Assembly: GCF_006345805.1 (NCBI RefSeq)
Contig: NC_042999.1
Span: 133,486,001 to 133,550,000 of the forward strand
From: Octopus sinensis
Taxonomy: Eukaryota
Length of the DNA stretch: 64,000 bases
Direction of reading: 5' to 3'
Shown: positions 1-13,002 of the stretch, one piece after another
Layout: each line of letters opens with the position of its first letter
Numbering within the stretch: the stretch's first letter is position 1
The notes under the pieces: generated by a model
Seen by the model: the letters and a program-made list of their open reading frames with translations, nothing else
Databases searched by the model: none
Told to the model about the DNA's origin: nothing
Translations under genes and position numbers: made by a program

Positions 1-450
<450 letters not shown>

Positions 451-615
451 TGTGTGTGCAATACTGGCGAGTAGTGAGAATGAGTACTCAACACGGCATT
501 TGTGACTAATTACTTTCATTTAGTTGCAACATTAGCGGGACGCTTAGTAAGTAATTGCGACTTACCTCATATAACCCTTGGCAGCATAGTATGAGTGTAT
601 GTGTGTGTGTCTATG

Positions 616-689
<74 letters not shown>

Positions 690-1181
690 AGTCCATCAGT
701 AATGGCAATTGTCTCTGGCAAAGACATACATTCCAGCTCCAACAGCGTCGGAGGGCAAAGACAATTTAACAGACCATTATTTCTAAACCAGAAGAAAGAG
801 TTTTGTAATGAAATAAACATATACGTATGTAAATTGGAATCAGGATATCAGGATAATGAAACGCATATTTCACAAATGTATTATGCACAGTAAACACATG
901 CACGTACGTATACACATCCAATATATCTCTGTAGATAATTATATATATATATATATAAACGCTTATACACGTAATATATATATATGCATTTGTTCCAGTG
1001 TATGTTTTTTCTGGGTGTGCGTGGGAGGTTTATATTGTGTTTATGGAATTCTCTTTATATCTTATTCAGTTCTCCAGCTCTTTGTTTTCTTCCCTTAACT
1101 TTCTGCCTATCAATATCTTACTACATGTGAGCGTAAAAAGGCATACAAACATGAAGACACACCGACATACCAACTCAGACA

Positions 1182-1950
1182 TTTTCATGCATACATGTAC
1201 ACATTATATACACACACAAATACACACACATTATATACACACACATTTTCATGCATACATGTACACATTATATACACACACAAATGCACACACATTATAT
1301 ACACACACATTTTCATGCATACATGTACACATTATATACACACACAAATGCACACACTTATATACACACCCATTTCATGCATACATGTACACATTATATA
1401 CACACACAAATGCACACACATTATAACACACACACCTTTTCATGATACATGTACATTATATACACACACAAATGCACACACATTATATACACACACATTT
1501 TCATGCATACATGTACATTATATACACCCCACATGCACACACATTTATACCCACACATTTTCCATGCATACATGTACACATATATAACACAACACAATGA
1601 CACACACATTATATACACACACATTTTCATGCATACATGTACACATTATATACACACACAAATGCACACACATTATATACACACACATTTTCATGCATAC
1701 ATGTACACATTATATACACACACAAATACACACACATTATATACACACACATTTTCATGCATACATGTACACATTATATACACACACAAATGCACACACA
1801 TTATATACACACACATTTTCATGCATACATGTACACATTATATACACACACAAATACACACACATTATATACACACACATTTTCATGCATACATGTACAC
1901 ATTATATACACACACAAATACACACACATTATATACACACACAAATGCAC
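1182..1950. repeat. 64-bp minisatellite, about 12 copies
   Basis: Unit ttttcatgcatacatgtacacattatatacacacacaaat(g/a)cacacacattatatacacacaca. The first two unit starts are at 1182 and 1246. It produces the HT-rich ORFs in all three frames. Confidence 0.95.
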
Positions 1951-2142
1951 AAACACAAAGGCGCTTTCACATAGGTATGCAAACTTACAAAACAGAAACT
2001 AGATAAATGGATCCGGGTTACTGTATATACAAATACAAACATACATAGACACATACTTACATGCATGTATACATACATACACACACATACACACACACAT
2101 ATATGTGGATAAGCATATATATATATATATATATATGACTTA

Positions 2143-2296
2143 TAGGCGTAGTAGTGGCTGTGTGGCAAGCAGCTTGCTTACCAACCACATGGTTCCCGGT
2201 TCGACATCTTGGGCAAGTGTTTCTACTATAGCCTCTGGCCGACCAAAGCTTTGAGAGTGGATTTTGTAGACGAAAACTGAAAGAACCCCGTCGCAT
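2143..2296 (+). mobile_element. SINE family A, 5' part (tRNA-like head), internally deleted
   Basis: gtggctgtgtgg...ccacatggttcccggttc...gggcaagtgtttctactatagcc...aaactgaaagaacccc matches the full copies at 30539 and 53218. Confidence 0.85.
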
Positions 2297-2323
2297 ATTA
2301 TAATATATATATATATAAATATA

Positions 2324-2697
2324 CACTTGCGTCAGAATTAATTAGCACTTCTCAAATTTCTACATTAAATAGGTTAAATCAATTAACCTATGAGCTGTTC
2401 AAAACGTCTTACGCGATGAAAAACTTAGTATGGTGTGATTTCGGTCCTTGCGAGGCGCTACCTATATCTATTAACCAAGGAAGATTTGTCTGCATCCGCA
2501 CTCCAAGTTGTTGCACTGCTATGTCAACATCATAAGGCTGTAGACTCTCAAACTGCTCTGCAAACAAAGTTACGTCATCGTTCTGCGCAACAGTGAACTC
2601 GCAACAAAGCAATAGTTCGAGATATGGCCACTTGGTGACAGCACATACCTTGAGTGAAGAGCAAATCAAGGGTGCTAATTAATTTCTGACGGTAGTG
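2324..2697. mobile_element. Tc1/mariner-type MITE
   Basis: Left end cacttgcgtcagaattaattagcac; right end read as reverse complement is cactaccgtcagaaattaattagcacc. Flanked by TA at 2322-2323 and 2698-2699. Confidence 0.8.
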
Positions 2698-2710
2698 TAT
2701 ATATATATAT

Positions 2711-2985
2711 CGGGGGGGACCCCCTTCGGTCACGACACTGACCATGAGATTGCACCTAGAAAGTTACCCTCCTAGTCACAAGTCTGGGCAAGGTGGTTTA
2801 TGGAAGACCAGCTGTCGCCCATGCATACCGGCCTCCCCTCTCCACGCCACCAGTGTTATCCAAGGGAAAGGCAAAGTGAAATCGTGAAATAAAGTGTCTT
2901 GCTCAAGAACACAACACGCAGCCCGGTCCGGGATTCGAGCTCACAACCTCACGATCGTAAGCTCGACGCTCTAACCACTGAGCCA
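2711..2985 (-). mobile_element. SINE family C (tRNA head + CORE-like + tail 1), internally deleted
   Basis: Near-identical head and tail to 11621-11975. Confidence 0.85.
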
Positions 2986-3002
2986 TATATATATATATAT
3001 AA

Positions 3003-3295
3003 CCCAGTGGTTAGGGCAGCGGACTCGCGGTTGCAGGATCGCGATTTCGATTGCCAGACCGGGCGTTGTGAGTGTCTATTGAGCGAAAACACATAAAGCT
3101 CCACAAGGCTCCAGCAGGATTTGGTGGCGATCCCTGCTGTACTCTTTCGCCACAACTTTCTCTCACTCTTTCTTCTGTTAGCCTGCTCGCTTAGCCAGCG
3201 GGGTGGCGTCATTTGAAGGCTAAAACAATGTGAAGCGCATTGTGACCAGCGATGTGTAGCAACATCTCATAGCCTGGTCGGTCACGGGGATCACT
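3003..3295 (+). mobile_element. SINE family D head with an alternative 3' tail
   Basis: cccagtggttagggcagcggactcgcgg...gagcgaaaacac..aagctccac matches 25621; the 3' part differs. Confidence 0.8.
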
Positions 3296-3368
3296 GTGAT
3301 ATATATATATGTGCATTTATAAATATATAGACACATTTATGCATGTATATTATGTGTGTGTATGTGTA

Positions 3369-3827
3369 TTCTTTTATCTGCTTCAGTCGTTTGCACGGCC
3401 TTTAGTCGAAGAAATCGACGCGAGGACTTATTTTTGTAAGTCTAGTACTTATTCAATCGGTCTGTTTTGTCGAACTGTTAAGTTACGGGGACGTAAACAC
3501 ACCAACATAGGTTGTCAAGCGGTGGTGCGGGGAGAAACACAGGCAGAAAAACAGTTGCTTTCTTCAACTGAATACACGTCGTTGGTTAAAATTGCACAAC
3601 TACGACAATTTTAACACGAAATAACTCCTAAAATACGAAATGTTGTCCAAAATGTTGAAAGTGAACCGTGTTCTGCATGAGAAATCACATCAGTATACGA
3701 AATTTCAGACTGTTTAGTTAAAAATAATTAAAATATCTGTGAGCCAAACTGAACAAGTCTCACAAACATACATACATGCATACATACATATATATATATG
3801 TGTATATATATATATATATATAATATA

Positions 3828-3865
<38 letters not shown>

Positions 3866-4014
3866 TACAACTCACGCGGATTTCTTTCTATTTTCGTCTG
3901 CCAAATCCACTCACAAGGCTGCAGTCCGCCCCAGGCTATAGTAGAAGACACTTGCCTAAAGTGCTACACACAATGGGATTGAACCCGGAACTATGTAGTT
4001 GGTAAGCAGGCTAC

Positions 4015-4015
<1 letters not shown>
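3369..4015 (-). mobile_element. SINE family A split by an insertion (tail 3369-3545, head 3876-4015)
   Basis: Both halves match family A copies on the minus strand and are separated by unrelated sequence and microsatellite. Confidence 0.7.
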
Positions 4016-4048
<33 letters not shown>

Positions 4049-4214
4049 ACATGTATATGTATGTATGTATATATGTATACTTTTCATTATGTACGTAATA
4101 TATAAACATACTTGTAATTATACATGTAATACATGCAATATATTAATATATATATACACTTATATACATGCAATCACCCACGCGCATATATACATACCTA
4201 CATACATACATACA

Positions 4215-4248
<34 letters not shown>

Positions 4249-4816
4249 CATACATACACACATACATATATACGTGTAAACACACATTCATACGTACATG
4301 CATACATACATACATGTAAACACACATAGATACATACATATATGCATACATACATGCATGCAAATACCCACATACATACATAGATACATACATATTTACA
4401 TACATGCAAACACCCACATACATACGTACATACATACATACATACATACATACACACATACATACATAATTAGATACATGCAAACACCCACTTACATACG
4501 TACATGCATGCATTCATACATACATACATACACACATACAACATACATACATACATACATACATACATACACACAAGAACATACATACATACATACATAC
4601 ATACATACATACACACATACATACATACATACATACATACATACATACATACATACATGCATACAACTGTACGCACCATGTAACTATCAGTATATTTGAA
4701 TATATCCCAGGCATTTCCTCCTTTATTGTTCCTGCTTTTTGCTTTTTTTTATCATTTATATTATTTGATATCTCTTCTCTTTTTAAACCTCCGCCTTTTC
4801 TCCCCATTTCCCCATC

Positions 4817-4869
<53 letters not shown>

Positions 4870-5102
4870 CATGTTACTTACAAATAAACATATATATGTG
4901 TATATATGCATATACGTATAGATATATACATATATATATATATACATGTATATATATATATATATATATAAATGTATATATGTTTATTTGTATGTGTGTA
5001 TATGTATATGTATGTGTGTATATGTATATGCATGTATATATGTATATGCATGTGTGTATGTATGTAAATATACATATATACATATATACATATATACATA
5101 TA

Positions 5103-5133
<31 letters not shown>

Positions 5134-5158
5134 GTATTTGTGTATGTCTGAATCTATG

Positions 5159-5191
<33 letters not shown>

Positions 5192-5619
5192 ATGAACGTG
5201 CATATGTATGTATATGTATGGCTAAGTATATACATGCAATTATCAGGAGTCTGAACTTTTTCAGTAGAATTATCAGCCTAATAACTTGTGGCTTCTAATG
5301 ACGCAGCTGGCGCCAAGACTACATTAATAATACTACAGTCTAGTAACTTACAACTAGATTTAGCCAGCAGTGGTTTCTACTGGCATAATCTTAGCTGCCA
5401 GCTTGGGAATCGATACCTAGTCACCGAGACATAGATTTACTTACATAAATACGTGTGTGAATATTTGTGAATAGGTGCGTGTGATTTGTGTGTTTATTTA
5501 TGGTGTGGCTAATGGTGTGCGTGTATATATGTGTGGGCGTGTTTTTGTGTTCGTGCGTGCATGTGTGTGTGTGTGTTTGTGTGTGTGTGTATTATATGTA
5601 CGAACGGCATGTTTGTGAA

Positions 5620-5672
<53 letters not shown>

Positions 5673-5848
5673 GTATGTTATGTATATATATGTATGCTTA
5701 TGTGTACATATGTATGTATGAGTGTATGTATAAGTGTATGTACGTGTATATTTACGTCGGCGCGAATACATACGCACACTTTATATATATATATATATAT
5801 ATATAATATATTATATATATATATATATATATAATATATATATAATAT

Positions 5849-5898
<50 letters not shown>

Positions 5899-6110
5899 AG
5901 ATATTATATATATATATAATATATATATTATAGATATTATATATACACATATATATATATATTTTATTTATTATATATATACAGACGCATGAACGTGTGT
6001 ATATGTCTGTGTGTGTGCATATATATATGTGCGAATACATACATATATGTATGTATACATGTATATATACATGTATGTATGCATGCATGTATACATTTGT
6101 TTACATGTAT
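4015..6110. repeat. Compound microsatellite field: (TACA)n, (TC)n, (TA)n, (TG)n
   Basis: Read directly. A short unique island lies at about 5230-5460. Confidence 0.9.
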
Positions 6111-6869
6111 GGGAATTTCGAAACATTCCCCAGGAAAGATTTCTGCTATGTCTATATCGTTCATCAAGATTCGATCTGATGCGGAAACTTATAAATCGTA
6201 GGATGTTTGTACACATGCGTGCGCGCACATAAATACACATGTATACACATACATGCATAAATATATGTATATACTGATACATAGACATTATTTTTACATA
6301 TATACATGTGTATGTATATAAGATCACAAATACACCAGTCACTCGTATATATCATTGTACATAAGTATATACTAAACTCGCCACTCATACACGCACACAC
6401 ATATACACACATTTCGCTTTTTGGCATACACATCCAAACACACATACAAACTCACACACACGCACGCACAAACATAAAGAAAAGCACAAACATACTGACA
6501 CGACCCCGCTTTATGACTTACAACTATATAAATATATCACTCAATTATATGATATTATAACAACATCCATCTGCCTAGTTTAACTATGATAAACACCTCT
6601 ATTGCACAAGTCTGGACATTTTGCTATAGAGATCCTGCTACGATCAGGCGCCAGAATCCACCATTCTTATCCTTATCATTATTATCTTGAATAAGGCACC
6701 ACGTCTTTACGACTGTTTAGTTAGTGTTATGTTCTGTTCCTCACATTTTGAAAATAATGAAGAGACTTAACCCTCTAATTCTCACAGATTGCACTAGCAA
6801 TATTCAGGGATTTAACCCAGCATACGTCATGGTCCGTAATCTCGGTTAAATACCCCGACAAACGTTTTA

Positions 6870-7640
6870 TCATTACGATGTTCATTTTTATTGTTTTCGG
6901 TAGATTAAAGCCTGAGTATGTTAACCTTTGTTACGTCTCCGGAGAATACCCTCCCTTTTCAGACCGTGTATATGTTGACAACACCCCCTATTCATTGCTT
7001 TGAGACACCGATGCTTCGACCTGGTTCAGTTTCTTCAGTGAAAGATATCCCCGAATCAATGAACTAAACGAGATAATTGGTTCTTGATTAGAGCATTCAG
7101 CACACAAATAACTTTCTGATGCGCGCTTATATCTACCAAATCGATAATAAATTGTTATGTACTCGTAGAACAGCAAGAATCAAAACGATGGCGTACATAT
7201 TCGTTCTGGTTACACTCCGACAGATCTAAACGTGAATATGTTAATATCTATTGTATTTCGTCTCCGGAGAACACCATCTCCTTTCAGATGTTGGGTTTTC
7301 ATAAAACACTAGATTTATTGACGTAAAGGAGATACGGTTTCTTCAGGGAAAGCAACCTCTGAATCACTGGACTAAACATGAATAGTCGTTCTTTTTTTAT
7401 AGAATTCGTCGAACTGAGTATATGGAAATGCGTGCTGTTGTCCGCCAGATCGATAATATATTATGTTCTCGTAAACCAGCGAAGATCAAAATGACGGCGT
7501 ACATATTCATTTGTAATACATTCCAGCAAATTGGAATGTGAGTATGCTAATCTTTGTTGTATTACGTCTTCGGAGAACACTTTCTCCTTTTAGACGGTGT
7601 GTGTTGCTAATACACTAGATTTATTGACATATTTTTGGTA
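6870..7640. repeat. Diverged tandem repeat, about 2.5 copies of 306-325 bp
   Basis: Anchor gtct(c/t)cggagaa at 6935, 7260 and 7566. ggcgtacatattc and acactagatttattgac each occur twice. Confidence 0.8.
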
Positions 7641-7979
7641 TTTCGGAATGCAAAAATCATGAGTAAATTTTCTTTATGAAAGTAATACACGTCTTAGATC
7701 TAAATCAACTGATCTTACTCTTTCCGCACATCACAAACCGCAATTCGACCCATTTTCAGACAAAATAAACTGGTTATCATAAGAAGTAGAAGATGTGGGT
7801 TGCAGGCAAGGTAGATTCAGTAATCTGAAGAATATTTGCTTTCTATCTGGATATCTTCAATACAAAGATTCAGAGTTCCTCCTAATATGTGTATATGCAT
7901 ATAATGATGTACTTCTCCGTGATGACGTTTATAAACACACACACACACATAATTGTATTATTGGATGCTTGCATCTGCA

Positions 7980-8015
<36 letters not shown>

Positions 8016-8056
8016 ATCTATCTACCTAGCTCTCTATCTCTCGAGCGCGCTGTATA

Positions 8057-8084
<28 letters not shown>

Positions 8085-8087
<3 letters not shown>

Positions 8088-8305
8088 CAACATGTGATCT
8101 CTTGAGCACCACCAGCAAAAACTTTTTTTTCCTCTGTCTTCCCTTCTCGGGATCTTTCCTTCTCCTTTGTTTCCGACGAAGAGCTCCGCTCGAAACGTTA
8201 AACCCTCCTTCCCTTCTTTCCTGAGCGTCAAATAATACTTTAATTGTTCCACGTCCTCGCGTTGCTGTGTTTTTTTCTGTGTTTTCTTGTTTGGATTAAC
8301 TATAT
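8085..8305 (+). mobile_element. Short Penelope-like (pLTR-type) repeat fragment carrying a hammerhead-like motif
   Basis: Contains the hammerhead-like motif, ends in (TA)n, and is related to 14610-14737. The PLE assignment is inferred from the known PLE-hammerhead association. Confidence 0.55.
8169..8203 (+). ncRNA. Minimal type I hammerhead ribozyme-like motif
   Basis: gttt-CCGACGA-a-gagc(tcc)gctc-GAAA-CGTT-aaac. Stem I is gttt/aaac, stem II is gagc/gctc, stem III is the palindrome ACGT. The core has U4->C. Confidence 0.65.
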
Positions 8306-8319
8306 ATATATATACTTAT

Positions 8320-8350
<31 letters not shown>

Positions 8351-8572
8351 CTTTGAGTATGGTAGATGAGTTCAGCAAAAATTTAGATTCAGATGAATGT
8401 GGTACTTAAGTTGAGGCACCAGAATTTAGTACGGGATTATCCATACAATTTCAAAGTAAGGTGATTAAAATCAACATAAGCAACAAGGTTATCCAGAGGT
8501 GATTAAAATCTGGATATGCTTGTTGCTTATTTTGATTATATATACGTGTGTGTGTTTGTGTGTGTGTGTGTT

Positions 8573-8606
<34 letters not shown>

Positions 8607-8619
8607 TGTATGTATGTAG

Positions 8620-8905
8620 GTAGGTAGGTATGTAAGTTCGATTACTGTACCAAGCTGTGTGGTGTGTTCTTGAACAAGACACTTCATTTCACGTTGATCC
8701 TGTTCACTCAAATGTAGAAACAATTTGCACATTTCTGGTGCCAAAACTGAATCGGCTTTTGTCTCTCCCTTGAATAACATCGGAGGCATGGAGAGGGGAG
8801 GCTGGTATCCAAGGGATACTTCTGGTCTTTCATAAACAACCTTGCCCGGACTTGTGCCTCGGAGTGGAACTTTCTAGGTGCAATCTCATGGTCATTCATA
8901 CCGTT
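8620..8905 (+). mobile_element. SINE family C, degenerate copy
   Basis: gtgttcttgaacaagacacttcatttcacgttg...ggagaggggaggctggtat...ctttctaggtgcaatctcatggtc. Confidence 0.8.
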
Positions 8906-10050
8906 AATATTCACACATACATACACACACACACTCACTCATACGCACTCACACACACACACACACACTCTCTCTCTCTCTCTCTCTCTGTCACACACAC
9001 ACACACAAACTCACTCACACACACTCGCAAGCCTTTTAGGCCTATCTATACTAACATACCACTAAAAACGATGCATGATTGATGCAATGCTATCGGTTTT
9101 ATCGTTGAGTTTATGATCTCTAAGATTATTTTCATGAAATCGGGAATAATGTAATCGTCTTACCCTGATGTTTACCGCCGCTACCACTTTCATTACATTA
9201 CATAAATTATGTCTTGCTCCATTTTCTTCTTCTTCTTCATTCACACAAACATCATATCTGTAATAGTTTCAAAATTAAGTTCTTGGCCTAACAGTTTTGA
9301 AAACAGTGTTAGTTGACGAAATCAGCGCAATAATTCACAAGCACTCAACAAATTGATCCCGGAAAAAGGAAATACACAGCAGACACCGGCAGGATATATA
9401 TCCAGGACTTTTAAAAAAAAGGTTCTCGAAGCTGTACCGCAAACCATTTCTTCTTACGATTCTACAAATATAAACTTTACAACCCAAATCATCTTTAATT
9501 CATACTGGCATTAAGACCCACCCACATTGTAGAGTCACACTCTTCTCTCAATAATAATTCGTCGCGAAATGTCATTGCCAATGAAATTTAATACGATAAT
9601 ATAATATTAGAACAAGAGGTAAGTTCGCTACAAAACGAGGTAGCATCATGGTTTCAATACCTACTTGAAGCCATCGCTTTTCATTTATCATGTTCATGGT
9701 TTCTGGAAACACAAACATTCTTATAGGAAATATTTACCCGGTTTTCCTAAGTATAATGCTTCGGATTCTTTGAGAAGGAAAGTATATTTTCTGACAGTCT
9801 TGCCGTTATAAGAGTACTGTGAAATTAACTGGTCGCAATTCTCAAAGTATGTGTGTGCGTGTGGGTGGGGTACGTGCATGCGAGTGAGTGCGGGTGCGTG
9901 TGTATGTTATTGTATATATATTTGTGAATGTGTATATGTTCGTATATGTATATGCGTATGCTTTATAGCTTAACCAAAGAAGAAAAGAGTCTATATCATC
10001 AAAAACTGAAGAATCAAATGTAGAAAGTATGGCAAATAAGTTGGGACACA

Positions 10051-10170
10051 TCATTTCCGTCCCAGTTGCATGCCACTAAAGGTGGGTCGACCAGCAATAA
10101 GAGTAGTGAATTCCATAGTTACTACATTCGGTTCTCCAGTTGTTATGGACTCTTCTCTTCTATGACCAGA
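10051..10170 (-). CDS. Candidate terminal coding exon (SGHRREESITTGEPNVVTMEFTTLIAGRPTFSGMQLGRK*), product unknown
   Basis: Acceptor gttttatag, then 39 sense codons and TGA in phase 0. The other two frames stop early. No homology recognised. Confidence 0.3.
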   Translation of the reverse strand, partial: SGHRREESITTGEPNVVTMEFTTLIAGRPTFSGMQLGRK

Positions 10171-10575
10171 CTATAAAACATAGACACATACATATATGAA
10201 TGTATATACTCATTCATACATACATATATAATCACATACACACACACAGACATACGCGCGCACACTTTTCCACGACACAGCAGTTACAACTTGGCTTGTC
10301 ATATCTGGCGAGCTACTTTTACTTGTACACAGTGGCCCCATAGTAGAGAGATGCATTAGGGAGATGCGCATTAGAATTTCGAGCTACACGTGGACGGGCA
10401 ACTCGGCCTCATTTATTGATTATTTTGTAGTCCGAAGTAAACTCATCTGGAAGCTAGATTGCGAAATCTTATAATCTTATTAAGGTGAAATTTTTGCTTT
10501 ATTTTAAAGGAAAAATCTGCAAAATTTATATTTTAACGACTATCTTAATTTAAAAGGATTATCTTTAAAACTTAC

Positions 10576-10641
10576 CTTAACAAAATTATGTTCTTTGTAA
10601 AGTTCGGTCAAGTTAAATGTATGTGTGAAAACTATATGTTC
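10576..10641 (-). CDS. Candidate 66-nt internal exon (EHIVFTHTFNLTELYKEHNFVK), product unknown
   Basis: Acceptor ttgttctctgtag and consensus donor AAG|gtaagt. Open only in phase 0, which is compatible with the 10051-10170 exon. Confidence 0.4.
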
Positions 10642-11269
10642 CTACAGAGAACAATTTTTGGTATATTGAAAGAGAGTGCTAATTAATTAAAACCAACGTA
10701 AAGAAGTCATACGATATCAAATTAACAGAAACTTTCTGCTAATGAATGCATTGGAATATGAAATGAAAATTCTACTATTTCTAAAGTAAAAAAAGAAACG
10801 AAAAGAAAACTTTTAAACTTTGCATAAGCTAGAAACTTTTGATGTATTATTATGCACTATCTTCTACTAGTTTCTCGGCACTCCAAATTAATTTCATCGT
10901 GCAGAAATAATTTTAGGAAACATAAAATCATTTCAACCTATATTTCGAAACAGATTATAATTTTTTGAACAAACACAGAAACACTCAAATGATGGATTTT
11001 CTTATGAAATGTTTTTATTTATAATAATAACTAGTTAGAAGACATTTTCTACATAATGTTTATTACCAGCAACAGCAATTACTAGTTTCATCCTTATGAT
11101 TTATAATAATGTAATTATAAATCCTTCTGATTTATAATAATATAATAGAGAGAACACACCATAGCAACAATAAACCCAACTGTAATTATTTACACATAGA
11201 CATAACAATTGTTTCTCCTTCTCCATTTACTATAATTATTTTGACATTGAATTTTAAAATAAAATAAAT

Positions 11270-11495
11270 GTTCCTTCTCAAACCATGCCAGGCTCATAAG
11301 GGCCGGTTTCCCGGTTTCGGTGGGATAGAAATTCCCAACCTGGACGGGACGCCGGTCCGTCGCAGGATTACTCACTTTTGCCAGTTGAGTGGACTGGAGC
11401 AACGTGAAAATGAAGTGTTTTGCTCAAGAACACAACGCATCGCCCGGTCCAGGAATCGAAACAACAACCTTACTATCATGAGTTCAACACCCTAA
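11270..11495 (-). mobile_element. SINE family C head + tail 3 (V/Meta-like central motif)
   Basis: The minus strand reads head...ctgcgacggaccggcgtcccgtccaggttggg...gggaaaccggcccttatgagcc. Confidence 0.8.
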
Positions 11496-11620
11496 ACACC
11501 CCATTAATACTGAATTTACAAACTACAAATTCCTATTAAGCCTTCAATTTTTTAAGTTTTGTTAAATTGATAATACTGTAGTCAACTTGATTTCAACTTG
11601 GTTTTAACAATTCAAATTAT

Positions 11621-11975
11621 CTGAGACCCCCTTCGCTCATGACTGACCATGGAAAGTTACCCTCCCAGGCACCTAGAAAGTTACCCTCCCAGGCACTAGT
11701 CCGGTCAAGGTTGTTTTTTTTATGGATGACCAATAGTCGCCCATGCATACCGGCCTCCCCTCTCCACACCACCAGTGTTATCCAAGGAAGAAGCAAAGGC
11801 CAATACGGCTTGGCACCTGTGACGTCGCAACTCATTTCTACAGCTGAATTAACTGGAGCAACGTGAAATACAGTGTCTTGCTCAAGAACACAACACGCAG
11901 CCCGGTCCTGGATTCGAACTCACAACCTCACGATCGTAAGCTCGACGCTCTAACCACTGAGCCATGCGCCTTCAC
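11621..11975 (-). mobile_element. SINE family C, full length (tail 1)
   Basis: tRNA-like head ggcgcatggctcagtggttagagcg...gttcgaatcc, followed by CORE-like gtgttcttgagcaagacact. Internal tandem duplication of gaaagttaccctcccaggcac. Confidence 0.9.
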
Positions 11976-12213
11976 AACTCGAATTAATTACCTGATTTAA
12001 TACATAATAATCATTTAATACCACATTATAACTTCATATTAGTTAAATAAAACATACACTTAAATAGAACGGCTTTATATTTAGTTGTATCTATTTTCTT
12101 TTAATTTTATACTATATTTGATTTATATTGTTTTATAAAATAAAACTAAATTAAAAATTTGCTCGAAATAAAATTAATTTGCTCTTTTATTTATTTCAAT
12201 CAGTGGATTTTTT

Positions 12214-12769
12214 TTTTATTGCCCACAGGGGGGTTAAACATAGAGGGGACAAACAAGGCCAGACAAACGGATTAAGTCGATAACATCGACCCCAGTGCGT
12301 AACTGGTACTTAATTTATCGACACCGAAAGGATGAAAGACAAAGTCGACCTAGTCGGAATTTGAACTCAGAACGTAGCGGCAGACGAAATACCTATTTCT
12401 TTACTACCCACAAGGGGTTAAACACAGAGGGGACAAATAAGGACAGACAAACGGATTAAGTCGATTACATCGACCCCAGTGCGTAACTGGTATTTAATTT
12501 ATCGATCCCGAAAGGATGAAAGACAAAGTCGACCTCGGCGGAATTTGAACTCAGAACGTAGCGGCAGACGAAATACCTATTTCTTTACTACCCACAAGGG
12601 GTTAAACACAGAGGGGACAAATAAGGGCAGACAAACGGAATGAGTCGATTACATCGACCCCACTGCATAACTGGTACTTAATTTATCGACCCCGAAAGGA
12701 TGAAAAGTAAAGTCGACCTCGGCGGAATTTGAACTCGGAACGTAACGGCTAACGTTTCTGCCAACTCGC
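12214..12769 (-). mobile_element. SINE family B head-to-tail trimer (184-bp units)
   Basis: Three units, with junctions gacgaaatac|ctatttcttt at 12392/12393 and 12576/12577. Confidence 0.9.
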
Positions 12770-13002
12770 TGGATTGCACCCACACTGAGGCAACTCTTCC
12801 TATTTATGCTCAGTTAATAGCCATATATGTGGAGCGGTACTGCTTCTACAAATACAAACATTCCATTTCGATCACATCGAAAAAATGGCCAAACGTCCGA
12901 CAGACCAAAAGAATCACTAACCATAATATCAACAACAATTAGTTGCTGATTACTACAACTTCATATCTGTCTTTCACTTCTATCGCATTTACCTATCTTT
13001 CT

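Noticed and set aside
2409-2669. 86-aa ORF that looks like a real protein
   Set aside because: It lies entirely within a TIR-bounded MITE and has no recognisable domain or splice context.
10028-10077. Possible pre-miRNA hairpin (tggca..gggac/gtccc..tgcca)
   Set aside because: About 47 nt with a poorly paired stem, which is too short and weak.
12214-12769. CRISPR array or tRNA gene cluster
   Set aside because: The units are full 184-bp repeats with no unique spacers, and no cas genes are present. The tRNA-like parts are SINE heads without a complete cloverleaf.
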